From: an uncultured delta proteobacterium
GTDB lineage: Bacteria > Myxococcota_A > Polyangia > Polyangiales > Polyangiaceae
Assembly: GCA_963782055.1 (NCBI GenBank)
Contig: CAWAIF010000003.1
Location: 5,312,001-5,376,000, forward strand
Reading direction: 5' to 3'
DNA: 64,000 nt
Part shown: piece after piece, positions 30,168-40,555 of the stretch
Layout of the letters: the number at the start of each line of letters is the position of its first letter
Numbering within the stretch: position 1 is the stretch's first letter
Notes under the pieces: generated by a model
Databases searched by the model: none
Told to the model about the DNA's origin: nothing
The model's input: only the letters and a program-made list of their open reading frames with translations
Position numbers and translations under genes: made by a program

Positions 30168-31865
30168 CTACCTGAGGCCCGACAGCGACACGCCTCGCAG
30201 CGCCGCGGCAAACTCGGAGCACGTGTCGAAACGCTCGTCAAAGTCCGGGCTCAGCGCTCGGAGGAGCGCATCGTTCTGCGGCTCGCTCAATCGCGCGAAC
30301 GTCCGCGGTCGGTAGGGCGCCGTGAAGACCCGGCCCTCGAGCATCGAGGAGAAGACGAGCGCCAGGGAATACTGGTCGGACTTCTTGTGAGCCTGGGCGC
30401 CCTCCCGCTGCTCGGGTGCGGCGTAGGCCGGGGTGTATCCGCGTGGGTGCGTCGCCAGGACGGTGTGCTTCCCGACCGTGTTCTTCCCAGCGGTGCCCTT
30501 CAGCGCGATCCCGAAGTCCGTCACCCGCACGTTCCAGGTGGCTCCCCGCGTCTCCACGAGAATGTTCCCCGGCTTCACGTCCTGGTGGATCACGCTGCAG
30601 CGGTGCGCGAAGTCGAGCCCGGCCGCCACCTGCGTGACCACGTCCACCGCACGCCCGATGCTCAGCTCCCCGATCTCCGTGAGCACGTCCTCGAGGGACC
30701 GGCCTCCATGCTGCAGGACGAGGTAGGTCCCGTGGATCGGGTCACGGCCGTAGTCCTTGTAGGCACAGATGTTCTGGTGGCTCAGATCGTACGCCACGCC
30801 AATCTCCTCCCGCAGTGACTCGTGGGCCTCGGGCAGCCCCAGCTTGACCACCACACGGTGCTCGGGCAGGTCTACGCGCGTCGCTTCGAAGACTCTCCCA
30901 AACCCTCCTGCGCCAAGCTCACGCCCGAGCTTGTACTTACCGCCGAGGAGCGGCGCCGGCGGGTTGGTTGGTGCGGGGGATGCGGGGGCCGCCGCCGGCG
31001 CACTCGGTGGCGCGGCAGGGGGCCGTTCCGGACGCCTCCCCCTCGGCCGTAGCTCCGGCACGAGCGTATCCACGCGCGTGTTGCCCTGAGCGTCGGCAAG
31101 GCGCTGCCACACTTCACTCGGGGGTAGCTCCACGACATCGGCGATCAGCCGCACCAGCGATGGCGAGCGTCTCGCCCCCGCCGAGGTAAGTGATCCCAGC
31201 ACGTCCCGAGGCACGTCCCCCAGCTCGTCCGGTGGCCACCTGGCATCGAATACGTTCCGCAACAGGGTTCGGCCATGCGCGACACGCAGTCGCTTGCCGG
31301 CCGAGGCGGGCGTGATGCCCAGCAGCTCCGCGAGCCAGCCGATGAACGCTCCGGATCCTCGAACGGACACGGCGCGTACAGCCGCGAGAAGCTCCACAGC
31401 GGAGAATCGCCTCCGGCCGTCACGGAACGCGGCGTCGTCGTGGACCACTGGCCTGTCGCGCTCTTCCCCCTCGTCCTCGTCGTCGTCCTCGTCGTCGTCC
31501 TCGTCGTCGTCCTCGTCGTCGTCGTACTCCACCAGCTCGGGGAACGTGTTTCCAACGAGCGCGTTGCCGTGGGTGTGGTTCAGGCGCTGCCGGACGGTCC
31601 GCATGCTGAGACCCGCTGCAACAGCTATCTCCCGGTCGAGCGCCGCCTCGCGCGCCAAGGCCACCGTGAGCGGCCCGAGGGTGTCCACGTCCGTCGGCCA
31701 ATCGTCCCACAGCGCGTTGCGCACCAGCATGTTGCCGCGTGCGCTACGAATCCGGCTACGGATAGCGCGCTGGGACAGACCGGTGACCGCCGCTAGGAGA
31801 GGGGCATAGTCTTCGTCCAGATCCTCCACCTCGGAGCAGCGCAGGTCGCCGATTCCGGTACCCAT
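30168..31865 (-). CDS. Hanks-type Ser/Thr kinase with four N-terminal HTH-like repeats and acidic linker
   Basis: GAGGFG, VVVK, HQDVKPGNIL, DFG, APE; repeats of A...G.....V..RL....GN..V. Confidence 0.88.
   Translation of the reverse strand: MGTGIGDLRCSEVEDLDEDYAPLLAAVTGLSQRAIRSRIRSARGNMLVRNALWDDWPTDVDTLGPLTVALAREAALDREIAVAAGLSMRTVRQRLNHTHGNALVGNTFPELVEYDDDEDDDEDDDEDDDEDEGEERDRPVVHDDAAFRDGRRRFSAVELLAAVRAVSVRGSGAFIGWLAELLGITPASAGKRLRVAHGRTLLRNVFDARWPPDELGDVPRDVLGSLTSAGARRSPSLVRLIADVVELPPSEVWQRLADAQGNTRVDTLVPELRPRGRRPERPPAAPPSAPAAAPASPAPTNPPAPLLGGKYKLGRELGAGGFGRVFEATRVDLPEHRVVVKLGLPEAHESLREEIGVAYDLSHQNICAYKDYGRDPIHGTYLVLQHGGRSLEDVLTEIGELSIGRAVDVVTQVAAGLDFAHRCSVIHQDVKPGNILVETRGATWNVRVTDFGIALKGTAGKNTVGKHTVLATHPRGYTPAYAAPEQREGAQAHKKSDQYSLALVFSSMLEGRVFTAPYRPRTFARLSEPQNDALLRALSPDFDERFDTCSEFAAALRGVSLSGLR
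31471..31524. repeat. 12-bp microsatellite encoding (DDDE)n linker
   Basis: (TCGTCGTCGTCC) about four copies. Confidence 0.85.
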
Positions 31866-31939
31866 GGCACCACAACATACAACAGACCGTGGCGGGAGTG
31901 GTGCACCCGGAGGCGGGAAACCGAGCGGCGAGCCGGACG

Positions 31940-32431
31940 CTACCGCCAGCCCGCACCCCGACGAAGCCGCTCCACCAGCTTCTTGAGCCGGATGGTCACC
32001 TCCGCACCCGTCCTGGGGTCGCCGTCTTCCTTCGCGATGTCGTTCCGTGCACGCACGAAGGAAAGGACCGCGGAGTCCGCGCTGAGGAGATCATCGACCA
32101 GTGGTTTCAGCTCAGCCGGGACCGGGCGCGCAGTGGGCCCAGAGAAGGCTGCCCGCAGACCGTGAGCCAGCGCCCCGGCCATAGCCTTCCGGAAGCTCGG
32201 CTTCCCTCCGCCGCGAGCCGGCGCGAGATAGTACTCTGGACCTCGGCCCTCCCTGGTGGCGAGCTCGAGCACGACAGCGCGAAGGAACTTCTCCAGCGCC
32301 GTGCTCGCCTTCACCATCCGACCAACGAGATGGCTTCCCGTTTTCGCTGGTGGGCCGTCCTCCCCGCGGGAAAGACGCTCGAGAAGGACACGCGACGACT
32401 CCTCTATTTTCGTTCCACGTGCATCCGGCAT
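31940..32431 (-). CDS. Small helical protein, HEPN-like with His replaced (RNDIAK)
   Basis: ALEKFLR...RARNDIAK. Confidence 0.5.
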   Translation of the reverse strand: MPDARGTKIEESSRVLLERLSRGEDGPPAKTGSHLVGRMVKASTALEKFLRAVVLELATREGRGPEYYLAPARGGGKPSFRKAMAGALAHGLRAAFSGPTARPVPAELKPLVDDLLSADSAVLSFVRARNDIAKEDGDPRTGAEVTIRLKKLVERLRRGAGWR

Positions 32432-32447
32432 GGCTCCCTCGAGCAGC

Positions 32448-33116
32448 TCACGGCGTGGTGGTCGTGGTTTGCGTCATTTCCACGAACGAGGTTGGGTCAA
32501 TCACGGGCCCGGTGACCGCGTAAAAGTCGAGAGTACTCGGGGCCGTGCCGATCAGCGAGCAGTTGTTGCCGGACTTGATATACCAGTTCGTCGGAGAGAG
32601 CTTGCTCCCCACGAGCATCAAGTCGTTCTGCGAACAGCCCGCGACAACGGTCGCCTGGGATGCGTACTTCGGCACGTAGGAAGCAGCCCCGCAGGAGGGC
32701 GCCGACGAGACGTCAACGACCGGGTTGGCGCACTGCGCGTCAACGAAGTACAATCCTGTCGGTGACGCGCCGGGTAGACACCGTGTCTTGCCATCCCCGG
32801 CAAGCGCTGGGCTGCACGCCTCCTTCCTCTGCGAGTCCCACCAGCCGGCGAAGTACTTCGTGACCTGCTTTGAGCCGTCGACCCCGGTGGTCATCGTGGT
32901 GGTGTACCGAGCCTTCAGCCGCGTCCCATCCGTCTCCCCGACCCCCGACGCCCCAGAGTCGCCAGAGGAGCCCGCGTCGGGGCTCAGGCCGGCCTCACCG
33001 TTCAGCCCGTTCGCCCCCGGCGGGCCCTCCGGTCCAGCCGGACCTGCCGGTCCAGTCGGCCCCTCAGGACCGCTGCACGCCACGAGCGCTACCATCACGA
33101 AACCCCACCTATTCAT
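32448..33116 (-). CDS. Lipoprotein with collagen-like Gly-X-Y repeats and Cys-rich domain
   Basis: VALVAC lipobox; GPEGPTGPAGPAGPEGPPGANGLNGEAG; GTRLKARY...DGKTRCLP. Confidence 0.75.
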   Translation of the reverse strand: MNRWGFVMVALVACSGPEGPTGPAGPAGPEGPPGANGLNGEAGLSPDAGSSGDSGASGVGETDGTRLKARYTTTMTTGVDGSKQVTKYFAGWWDSQRKEACSPALAGDGKTRCLPGASPTGLYFVDAQCANPVVDVSSAPSCGAASYVPKYASQATVVAGCSQNDLMLVGSKLSPTNWYIKSGNNCSLIGTAPSTLDFYAVTGPVIDPTSFVEMTQTTTTTP

Positions 33117-33189
33117 ATTCCCACCTCCGCCAGCGCCCAACTCATGCCGGTGCGCCATTCGTCGCCGAGCGACTCTCCGCTACTCGCCG

Positions 33190-34359
33190 TCATGAGGAGG
33201 CGCCAGACGCCCGGCGCGACGTCGGTGCATGGATGCGCGACACGCAGAAGAACAGCTGGTCGAGCGTCAGGAACAATCGCAAGGCGTACGCCGGCTTCTT
33301 GAGCTCTTCGTCCGGGCCGACTCCGTGGAGGAAGGCGTGACGGCTCGGCGGCACATCGCCCGCGCCGAGCTCGAAGCTCGCGTAGTAGTAAGCCTCGAGG
33401 TACTGCGCGAACGCCTCGGGCAGCAGGGCGGTGTACCCGCCCACGCTTGCGCGTACCCGGCCGACAAGATTCCGGCGGAGCTCCGGCGCTCGCGGGCTTG
33501 CGCTCTGGCCGTTGTAGAGGTGGCGGAGGACCCCCTCCACCTTCGGCATGATGGTGCTCGCGGCGGCCACGTACTCCCCGGCCGCGAACAAGCGGGCGCC
33601 CGTCCGCAACACGTCGAGGTGCGGCGCAAACGCAGGCCTCGATGCCCAACCGTCCACGATTGCCGGCAGCTGGGGCCCCACCTCGTCGACAATGCGCTGC
33701 TCAGTCTTGTCGTAGTCCCAGTCATTGACGAAGTCTTGATAGAGGGCCATCGCCAGTGCCTGCGTAAGGCGAGTGAACGGGAACCAGCCCGCGCGGGCCA
33801 TCTTCCCAAGCATGTCCGGCGTCATGCGGACACGGTCGCGGAGCATGAGCGCCGCGTGAAGAGAGCCAAGCAGCACGCCGATGTCACCCAACGGCTTGAA
33901 CTGGTCGGCGCCGGGAGCGTGCGCGGTGAGGTCGAAATAGAAGCCCCTGCGCCAGCCGTGCTGGAAGATGTAGGCAAAAGCGCCGCGGTCGGGGAACGAA
34001 AAACCTGGGATACTGGCCTTGGCGATGTCAGCGACGTCGTCGAGGCCCACAGTACGTCCGGCCTGTATCGCGACCTTCCCAATCACGTCGAGCTGCACGG
34101 GTGGGTTCAGTATAAGGGTCGCTGACGTACCATCCAAGATGCTGACAAAGGCCGTCTGAATGTCCTCGGGCCGAACGAGGCCAGCGTGACCGATGACGGC
34201 GTCGAAGAACGAGTCGAGGAAGGTGTAGAGGATGGCGCCGTCGTCGGAGGTGAAGAACCCCCGACCCAAGACGCCAAGCTGCTCCCCCGGCCGCGCAGCC
34301 GTCAGGGCCATGCCGGCCGGCGCTCCCGGCAGCGTGAAGCCGCGGCGTACGAGATTCAT
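33190..34359 (-). CDS. Putative HEPN-domain protein coupled to hsdS
   Basis: ATGA overlap with hsdS; KVEGVLR and SRHAFLHG (RxxxxH). Confidence 0.65.
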   Translation of the reverse strand: MNLVRRGFTLPGAPAGMALTAARPGEQLGVLGRGFFTSDDGAILYTFLDSFFDAVIGHAGLVRPEDIQTAFVSILDGTSATLILNPPVQLDVIGKVAIQAGRTVGLDDVADIAKASIPGFSFPDRGAFAYIFQHGWRRGFYFDLTAHAPGADQFKPLGDIGVLLGSLHAALMLRDRVRMTPDMLGKMARAGWFPFTRLTQALAMALYQDFVNDWDYDKTEQRIVDEVGPQLPAIVDGWASRPAFAPHLDVLRTGARLFAAGEYVAAASTIMPKVEGVLRHLYNGQSASPRAPELRRNLVGRVRASVGGYTALLPEAFAQYLEAYYYASFELGAGDVPPSRHAFLHGVGPDEELKKPAYALRLFLTLDQLFFCVSRIHAPTSRRASGASS

Positions 34360-35612
34360 CCGGCCGCCTCGGACATCCCGAGCTGCCGCTTGCCGACCGA
34401 CGCAGTCAGCTCACCCCGAAACGCCAGCTGCACCAGCGTCCCAAACAAGTCGTCGCTCGCGCCGCGTGCATCGGCAAATCGTTCCCTGACCTGGTAGGTC
34501 TGCCAGACAAGCACCGAAAAGCGCTTCTGCAGCACGATGGGCGGGACGGGCATCTCCATCGAGCGCACCTTCTCCATCGAGATATTGAGCATCGACCCGC
34601 TCGTCCCCGTGGCGCGCTTCGTAAATTCGCCACGAAAGCGCCCATGCCCAAGGAGGAACTTCAGGTACTCCGGCGTCGCAAGGCGCCCATCGGCGACGAT
34701 GCGCCAGAGCTTGTCCGGCAAGAACAGCCTCGGCTCATCTTGCTCGACGAGGCAGCATGCGGCGACCAGTTCGCGCGTGTTCGCTCGGCTAAAGAGGAGG
34801 TCACCGCGGCGGGGCGTGACGAGCTCGCGGTCGACGTCCGTCGCTGCGACGGCCTTGTGCTCCTGGGGCCGGAAGTACCCCGACGTCACCGCGCTCACCT
34901 TGAGCACACCGTATTCGTCGCCCGCTCGCTCCCGAGCCTCCCCGTTCGCGCTCCAGCCGGCCTCAAAGCGGTCGACTGCCTGCCCCAACGCCTTCACCGG
35001 CCACCCCTTCGGGTTCGTCACCGGGTCCCCGAACATCTCCAAAAACGCCGACCGCAGCAGCTCCTCGGTGAGCGCGATGGCCTCCTTGCGCTTGCGCCGA
35101 ACCGCGTCGGCCTTGTCGAGGATGTCGGCGATGCGGCGCTGCTCGGGGAGCGGGGGTGTTGGCACCTCCAGCGCAAGTAACGCCTCCTTTCGTACGGACG
35201 CCTGGTTCACCCATTGATTGCACAGGAGCGCGAAGCGACCCTGCTTCCATTGCCAGTTCAACCAACGCGCGAGGAACCTCGGCTCGAGAGCGCGGGGCTT
35301 TACGCGGACGCGGGTGAAGTGATTGCTGAAGACGACCGGCTCTTGGTGCCCACCAAAGACCGCCGACTTGCCGACCAGCTCGGGACTGTTCGTGTTGTTA
35401 AACATCACGTCGTCCGCCCTCAGTCCGAAGCGGTCAAGGTCCGCCAACGACCGCGGTACACGACGTGGCGTTCCGAGGTCAATATGTCCCTCGGTGTCGA
35501 CGTTGTTCATGCGGAGCTGAATGACACCATCCGCAGCCTTCTCGCCACAGGCAAAGCCCGTCTGCAGGTCGTCGATTAGCTCAGCGAGCGGGCGAGCGGA
35601 GGACGTTGTCAC
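34356..35612 (-). CDS. hsdS: Type I R-M specificity subunit
   Basis: Two TRDs; [38 protein letters not shown]. Confidence 0.95.
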   Translation of the reverse strand: MTTSSARPLAELIDDLQTGFACGEKAADGVIQLRMNNVDTEGHIDLGTPRRVPRSLADLDRFGLRADDVMFNNTNSPELVGKSAVFGGHQEPVVFSNHFTRVRVKPRALEPRFLARWLNWQWKQGRFALLCNQWVNQASVRKEALLALEVPTPPLPEQRRIADILDKADAVRRKRKEAIALTEELLRSAFLEMFGDPVTNPKGWPVKALGQAVDRFEAGWSANGEARERAGDEYGVLKVSAVTSGYFRPQEHKAVAATDVDRELVTPRRGDLLFSRANTRELVAACCLVEQDEPRLFLPDKLWRIVADGRLATPEYLKFLLGHGRFRGEFTKRATGTSGSMLNISMEKVRSMEMPVPPIVLQKRFSVLVWQTYQVRERFADARGASDDLFGTLVQLAFRGELTASVGKRQLGMSEAAG

Positions 35613-37111
35613 AGCATCCCCTCCAGCGCCTTCAGGTCCTTCGCAATCTCCGCCTCGAGCTCGCGCAGCTTCCCGAGGATGACCTTCGGCGGCTCGTACT
35701 TCACCTCCTCGTGCACGGCCTCCTTGTAGCGGTTGATGGAGAGGTCGAAGTTCTTCTCCCGAATCTCGGCAACCGGGACCATGAAGTGCTTCGCGGTCCG
35801 GTCGGCGTCCTTCTTCGGGTTCTTCTTCCGCCAGCGTTCGAGCGCCCCGGGCAGGTCGTTGTCCTGGACCGGGTCGCGCTTGTCGTCGAGGGAGAAGCCG
35901 TCGGCCTGCACGTCGTAGAAGAAGACGTGGTCGGTCTCGCCGCCCTTCGTGAACACGAGAATCGCCGTCGACACGCCGGCGTACGGCCGGAACACGCCCG
36001 ACGGCAGCGAGATGACCGCCTCGAGCTGATTGTCGTCGACGAGCATCTCGCGCAGCGCCACGTGCGCCTTCGATGAGCCGAAGAGCACGCCGTCGGGGAC
36101 GATGGTCGCGCTCCGCCCACCCTTCTTCAGCATCCGCAGGATGAGCGCGACGAAGAGGAGCTCGGTCTTCTTTGTCTTCACCTTGTGCGTGAGCGAGGGG
36201 TGGACGTCCTCGGCGTCCAGGCTGCCCTTGAAGGGCGGGTTGGCCAGCACGACGTCGAAGTGGCGCTCCGCCTGCTGCGGGAACTTCTCCGGGAAGGAGT
36301 TGGAGAGAGTGTCCTGGTAGTGGATGTCCGGGTTGTCGACGCCGTGGAGCATCAGGTTCATCGACGCGATGCGGAGCATCGTGCTGTCGAAGTCGAACCC
36401 GTGGAACATCTCCTTCTGGATGTGCTTGCGGTAGGGCTCCAGCTTGTCGCCGGTGTAGACCTTGTCGCCGGTGTCCGTCGTGTAGATGCCCTTGGGCGAG
36501 CTGTACTTCTCCAGGAGGTACTGCATGACGCCGACCAGGAAGCCGGCGGTGCCGCAGGCGGGGTCGCCCACGGTCTCGGTGGGCTTGGGGTCGAGCATCT
36601 CCACCATGAAGCGGATGATGTGGCGGGGCGTGCGGAACTGGCCGTTGATGCCCGCCGTCGTCAGCTTGCTGAGCAGGTACTCGTAGAGGTCCCCCTTGGC
36701 GTCGCCCTCGGTGATGGGGAGGGCGTCAATCATGTTCACGGCGGAGACGAGCAGGCTCGGCTTCTGAATCATGAGCTGCGCGTCGGCCATGTACTCGCCG
36801 AAGGTGGTGCCCCCGTTCAGCTTCCGGAAATGCGGGAAGACGCCGTCGCGCACCACCTTGAGCATCTCCTCGGCCTTGAGGTGCTTGAAGTGCGACCACC
36901 GGAGCTGCTGCTCCCGCTTGCCGAAGACGGGCGTGAAGGGCTTCTTGGTGCGCGCGGCGCGTGCCTCGTTCGTCGTCTCCTTCACGTCGAGCAGGCGCGC
37001 GAACATGAGGAAGGAGATTTGCTCGATGACCGTGAGCGGGTTGGTGATGCCGCCGGTCCAGAACTCTTCCCAGAGTTTGTCGATGTCGCTTCTCAGCTTG
37101 CCGGTAATCAT
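35609..37111 (-). CDS. hsdM: Type I R-M m6A methyltransferase
   Basis: [23 protein letters not shown]. Confidence 0.97.
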   Translation of the reverse strand: MITGKLRSDIDKLWEEFWTGGITNPLTVIEQISFLMFARLLDVKETTNEARAARTKKPFTPVFGKREQQLRWSHFKHLKAEEMLKVVRDGVFPHFRKLNGGTTFGEYMADAQLMIQKPSLLVSAVNMIDALPITEGDAKGDLYEYLLSKLTTAGINGQFRTPRHIIRFMVEMLDPKPTETVGDPACGTAGFLVGVMQYLLEKYSSPKGIYTTDTGDKVYTGDKLEPYRKHIQKEMFHGFDFDSTMLRIASMNLMLHGVDNPDIHYQDTLSNSFPEKFPQQAERHFDVVLANPPFKGSLDAEDVHPSLTHKVKTKKTELLFVALILRMLKKGGRSATIVPDGVLFGSSKAHVALREMLVDDNQLEAVISLPSGVFRPYAGVSTAILVFTKGGETDHVFFYDVQADGFSLDDKRDPVQDNDLPGALERWRKKNPKKDADRTAKHFMVPVAEIREKNFDLSINRYKEAVHEEVKYEPPKVILGKLRELEAEIAKDLKALEGML

Positions 37112-40100
37112 GCGTGCTTGCTCTCAGGGGGCGGCGTCGAGGGCGACGCCTTGCGTGGCTGGAAGGCCTGAAGGATGACGAGGAGCTCGTCGACCTGGCC
37201 CTTCTCGGTGAACAGGCCGTCGATACTGCTGGCGCTGAGGGTTGTAAACGGCGGCTCGTAGAGGCGGTCGATGTCGATGCCGCCGTTCTGGGCGATGTGG
37301 TGCTTGAGCAGCTGCAGGAAGCGGAGCTGCTGCGCCGAGAGGTGCGGGTGCTTGTGCACGAAGCCGGTGAAGGCCGCGTTCACCGCCTCCGGGTCCAGCC
37401 CCACGAGGCCGCGGAGCACGTCGGCGAGCGACTGCTTGGTCTCCGGCTGGACGAGGTGCCGGAGGTTTGCCTTGTCGTCCACCTCGAGGACCAGCTTCGC
37501 GAGCCCGTCGAGGTCCTCGTCGCGCACCGCCTTGCCGGCGCGGATGCGTTGCAGGGTGGGGTCGCTCATGAAGTGCTCGCGGAGCACCTTCTCGACGCGT
37601 TGCCGGTAAGCGACCTCGTCGAGCCCCTCCAGCTTGGGTATGTGGTCGGCGCCGAAGGCGCCCTCGTCGGCCACGTCGTAGACGCTCGGGAGGAGCCGGC
37701 CGCCAGACGGCTGCTGCTGGTACTTCATGATGCCGCGCAGCTCGGTGCGGACCCATTCGAGCTTGGGCACGGTGACGGTGGCCCAGAAGTCCTTGCTCTC
37801 GACGGCCTTGATGGCCTCGGTCTTCGCCTTGACCGGGTTCTGGTTTCTCATGAGCAGGGCGACGGCCGCTTCCACGCCAGCCTTCAGGTCGGCGGCGCTC
37901 GACGACCCCTTGAGGACGGCGCCCTCGAGCCGGGTCACCAGAAGGTCGAAGCGGTAGGCGTCCTCCTCGCCCCGGATGTTGCGCCACTGCATGAGCGGCG
38001 CCGCGATGGAGAGGAGGTCCGCCTTGGTGGCCGCGGCGAACTGCGCGACCGTATCGCGGTTGGACAGCAGCTCCAGCTCCTTGCGCCTGTCGCGCACGTC
38101 GATGGCGTTGGAGTCCATCGCGCCGCGGATGTCTCCGACGAGCAGGTCGACCGTTTCCTGAAAGACGGGCTCCTCCATCTTGTCGAGGGCGGCCTCGGCG
38201 ACGGCGATGCGTGTCTCGAACAGCTGCTGCAGGAGAGACTTCTGCGGCGACGGTTGCTTCTCCTTGTACTTCTCCTCGAAGAACTCGAAGTTCTTGCCGT
38301 GGTCGAAGATGACGAACTCCGTCTTGTTCTTCCCGGGCTCGAAGAGGTCTCGGCATAGCCGGGTGCCGCGGCCAATCATCTGCCAGAACTTCGTCGGGGT
38401 CTTGACCGCCTTGGCGAAGACGAGGTTGACCACCTCGGGGACGTCGATGCCGGTGTCGAGCATGTCGACCGAGATGGCGATGACCGGGTCGGAGTCCTTG
38501 CTCTTGAAGTCGTCGATGAGCTGGTCCGCGCGCGGCTCCCGGTTGTCGATGACCCGGCAGAAGCTGCCGCCGTACTGCGGGTACATCTCGTCGAAGAGGC
38601 CGGCGAGGTGCACGGCGTGCAGGTGGCTCTTGGCGAAGAGGATGGTCTTGCCCAGGCGGCTGCCCGTGGCGTCCCGGATGCCCTCGTCCATGAGGCTCCG
38701 CAGGACGATGCGGCTCGTGTCCTTGTTGAAGACCTCGCGGTCGAGCTGCCCTGCGTCGTATTCGACGTCCTCCGGCGTGTCCTCCTGCTCCTCCAGCTCG
38801 GCGCGCTGCGCGCCGGACATCTCGGAGTACTTGAAGCCGCCCTCCCGGAACTTGGAGGTGAACTTCCGCACCCGGAAGGGCACGAGGAAACTTTCGCGCA
38901 CGGCCTCGTCGTAGCTGTAGTTGGAGGTGGGGTCGTTGTGCTCGCAGCCGAAGAGCTTGAAGGTGTCGCGGTCGGCGTACTTGAGGGGCGTGGCGGTGAG
39001 GCCTACCTGCAGCGCGTCGAAGTACATCGAGAGCTGCCGGTACTTCTTGTAGATGCTGCGGTGCGACTCGTCGAAGATGACCAGGTCGAAGAAGCCGACG
39101 TCGAAGGTCTCGTAGCACGCCAGCATCGCCGGGTAGGTGGCGAGGTAGATGCGCTTGTCGCGCTCGGAGGAGGTGGTGCTGCCGACGATGACGCGTGGCT
39201 CGCCCGGCAGGAACTCCTTGAAGACGTTGTTGGCTTGCTTGCGTAGCTCCCGCCGGTCGCAGAGAAAGAGGATGCGCTTCGCCCACCCGGCGCGCATCAG
39301 CAGGTCGCAGAGGGAGATGGCGACGCGCGTCTTGCCAGTGCCCGTGGCCTGCACCAGCAGCGCTCGCCGGAACTTCTGCTCGAAGCGCTCGCTCACGCGG
39401 GTGATGGCCTCGAGCTGGTAGATGCGGTCGGCGATGGCGAGGTCGGGGGCGACGGTGGCGAGGGGCTTCTTGTTCTTCCGCTGGTGCAGCAGGTACTCGA
39501 GGCTGTCCTTGGAGTAGAAGCCGTAGACCTTGCGGGGCGTGTAGCCCTGCGCGTCGTCCCAGACGTGAATCTCGATGCCGTTGGTGTAGAAGATGACCGG
39601 GCGCTGGCCGGTCTCCTTCTCGAGGCAGGTGGCGTAGATGCGCGCTTGCTCTTGCCCCTCGCGCGCGTCCTTGGAGGTTCTCTTCGCCTCCACCACCGCG
39701 AGCGGCTTGCCGTCGTCGCCGTAGAGAACGTAGTCGGCGTAGCCCTCGCGTGACTCGGTGGGCATCGTCGAGAGCTCCACCTCCTGCTTCACCAGGGCGG
39801 TGTCCGCGCCGTTGGGGCCGACGTCCCACCCCGCCTGGGTGAGCTGCTCGTCGATGAGCCGGTGGCGCGTCGCCTCCTCGCTCAGCTGCAGGATGTTGGC
39901 GGCTCGCTGGCCTTCGAGACGCAGGGCCGCGAGCTGCTCCTTCGACTGCGCGACGAACTGCTCCGCGGCTTCCCGCTGGCGGCGCTCCTGCTCCAGGTCG
40001 GCGAGCACCTTCGCGAGCTGCGCCTCGTGCCGGGCCGCCTTCTCGAGCGCGGCCTTCTTCTCCTTCTCGAGCGCCGCGGCGTCGGGAGGCGCCGGCGGCT

Positions 40101-40527
40101 CCTTGTAGGTGGGGCAGTCGGCGCGCTGCCCGCCATCGACGCGAAGGAAGACCCACTGCGCGATGTCGAAGGTCTCGCGCAGGCACCGGAGCGCGTCGTG
40201 CGCGCTCACGGGCTTGCCGTGGGCGGCCTTGTTGCCCGTGATGCGCACGAGATGGAGCTTGTCGAGCACGACGGCGGGCACCGCGCTCATGAACGGCTGC
40301 TCGTTGAGCAGGTCGTAGATGTTGTCGCTGTACGGGCGCGGCAGTCGGTAGGTCTCGTAGATGATGGCGACGACGGTCTCGGCGAACCTCCGGAGGTTGA
40401 AGAGCGCACTCCCCGGGTCCGGCCGGGCGTACGCCTCCGCGAACCCGCCCAGGTCGGCGAGCTCGGCGTGTCTGCGTCGCAGGAACTCGAAGTTCTGCGA
40501 CTTCATGAGCGCGTCCACCGGGGCCAT
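37108..40527 (-). CDS. hsdR: Type I R-M restriction subunit (EcoAI/EcoEI-like, DUF4145-like N-terminus; start may be 40506)
   Basis: ADYVL...VEAKR nuclease, [25 protein letters not shown]. Confidence 0.95.
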   Translation of the reverse strand: MAPVDALMKSQNFEFLRRRHAELADLGGFAEAYARPDPGSALFNLRRFAETVVAIIYETYRLPRPYSDNIYDLLNEQPFMSAVPAVVLDKLHLVRITGNKAAHGKPVSAHDALRCLRETFDIAQWVFLRVDGGQRADCPTYKEPPAPPDAAALEKEKKAALEKAARHEAQLAKVLADLEQERRQREAAEQFVAQSKEQLAALRLEGQRAANILQLSEEATRHRLIDEQLTQAGWDVGPNGADTALVKQEVELSTMPTESREGYADYVLYGDDGKPLAVVEAKRTSKDAREGQEQARIYATCLEKETGQRPVIFYTNGIEIHVWDDAQGYTPRKVYGFYSKDSLEYLLHQRKNKKPLATVAPDLAIADRIYQLEAITRVSERFEQKFRRALLVQATGTGKTRVAISLCDLLMRAGWAKRILFLCDRRELRKQANNVFKEFLPGEPRVIVGSTTSSERDKRIYLATYPAMLACYETFDVGFFDLVIFDESHRSIYKKYRQLSMYFDALQVGLTATPLKYADRDTFKLFGCEHNDPTSNYSYDEAVRESFLVPFRVRKFTSKFREGGFKYSEMSGAQRAELEEQEDTPEDVEYDAGQLDREVFNKDTSRIVLRSLMDEGIRDATGSRLGKTILFAKSHLHAVHLAGLFDEMYPQYGGSFCRVIDNREPRADQLIDDFKSKDSDPVIAISVDMLDTGIDVPEVVNLVFAKAVKTPTKFWQMIGRGTRLCRDLFEPGKNKTEFVIFDHGKNFEFFEEKYKEKQPSPQKSLLQQLFETRIAVAEAALDKMEEPVFQETVDLLVGDIRGAMDSNAIDVRDRRKELELLSNRDTVAQFAAATKADLLSIAAPLMQWRNIRGEEDAYRFDLLVTRLEGAVLKGSSSAADLKAGVEAAVALLMRNQNPVKAKTEAIKAVESKDFWATVTVPKLEWVRTELRGIMKYQQQPSGGRLLPSVYDVADEGAFGADHIPKLEGLDEVAYRQRVEKVLREHFMSDPTLQRIRAGKAVRDEDLDGLAKLVLEVDDKANLRHLVQPETKQSLADVLRGLVGLDPEAVNAAFTGFVHKHPHLSAQQLRFLQLLKHHIAQNGGIDIDRLYEPPFTTLSASSIDGLFTEKGQVDELLVILQAFQPRKASPSTPPPESKHA

Positions 40528-40555
40528 GCGCAGCCCTTGAGCACGTCCCGTTCCA

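Noticed and set aside
27699..40186. Long alternative-frame/antisense ORFs (e.g. 27699..30044 +, 37124..40186 -)
   Set aside because: Typical high-GC shadow ORFs overlapping well-supported genes
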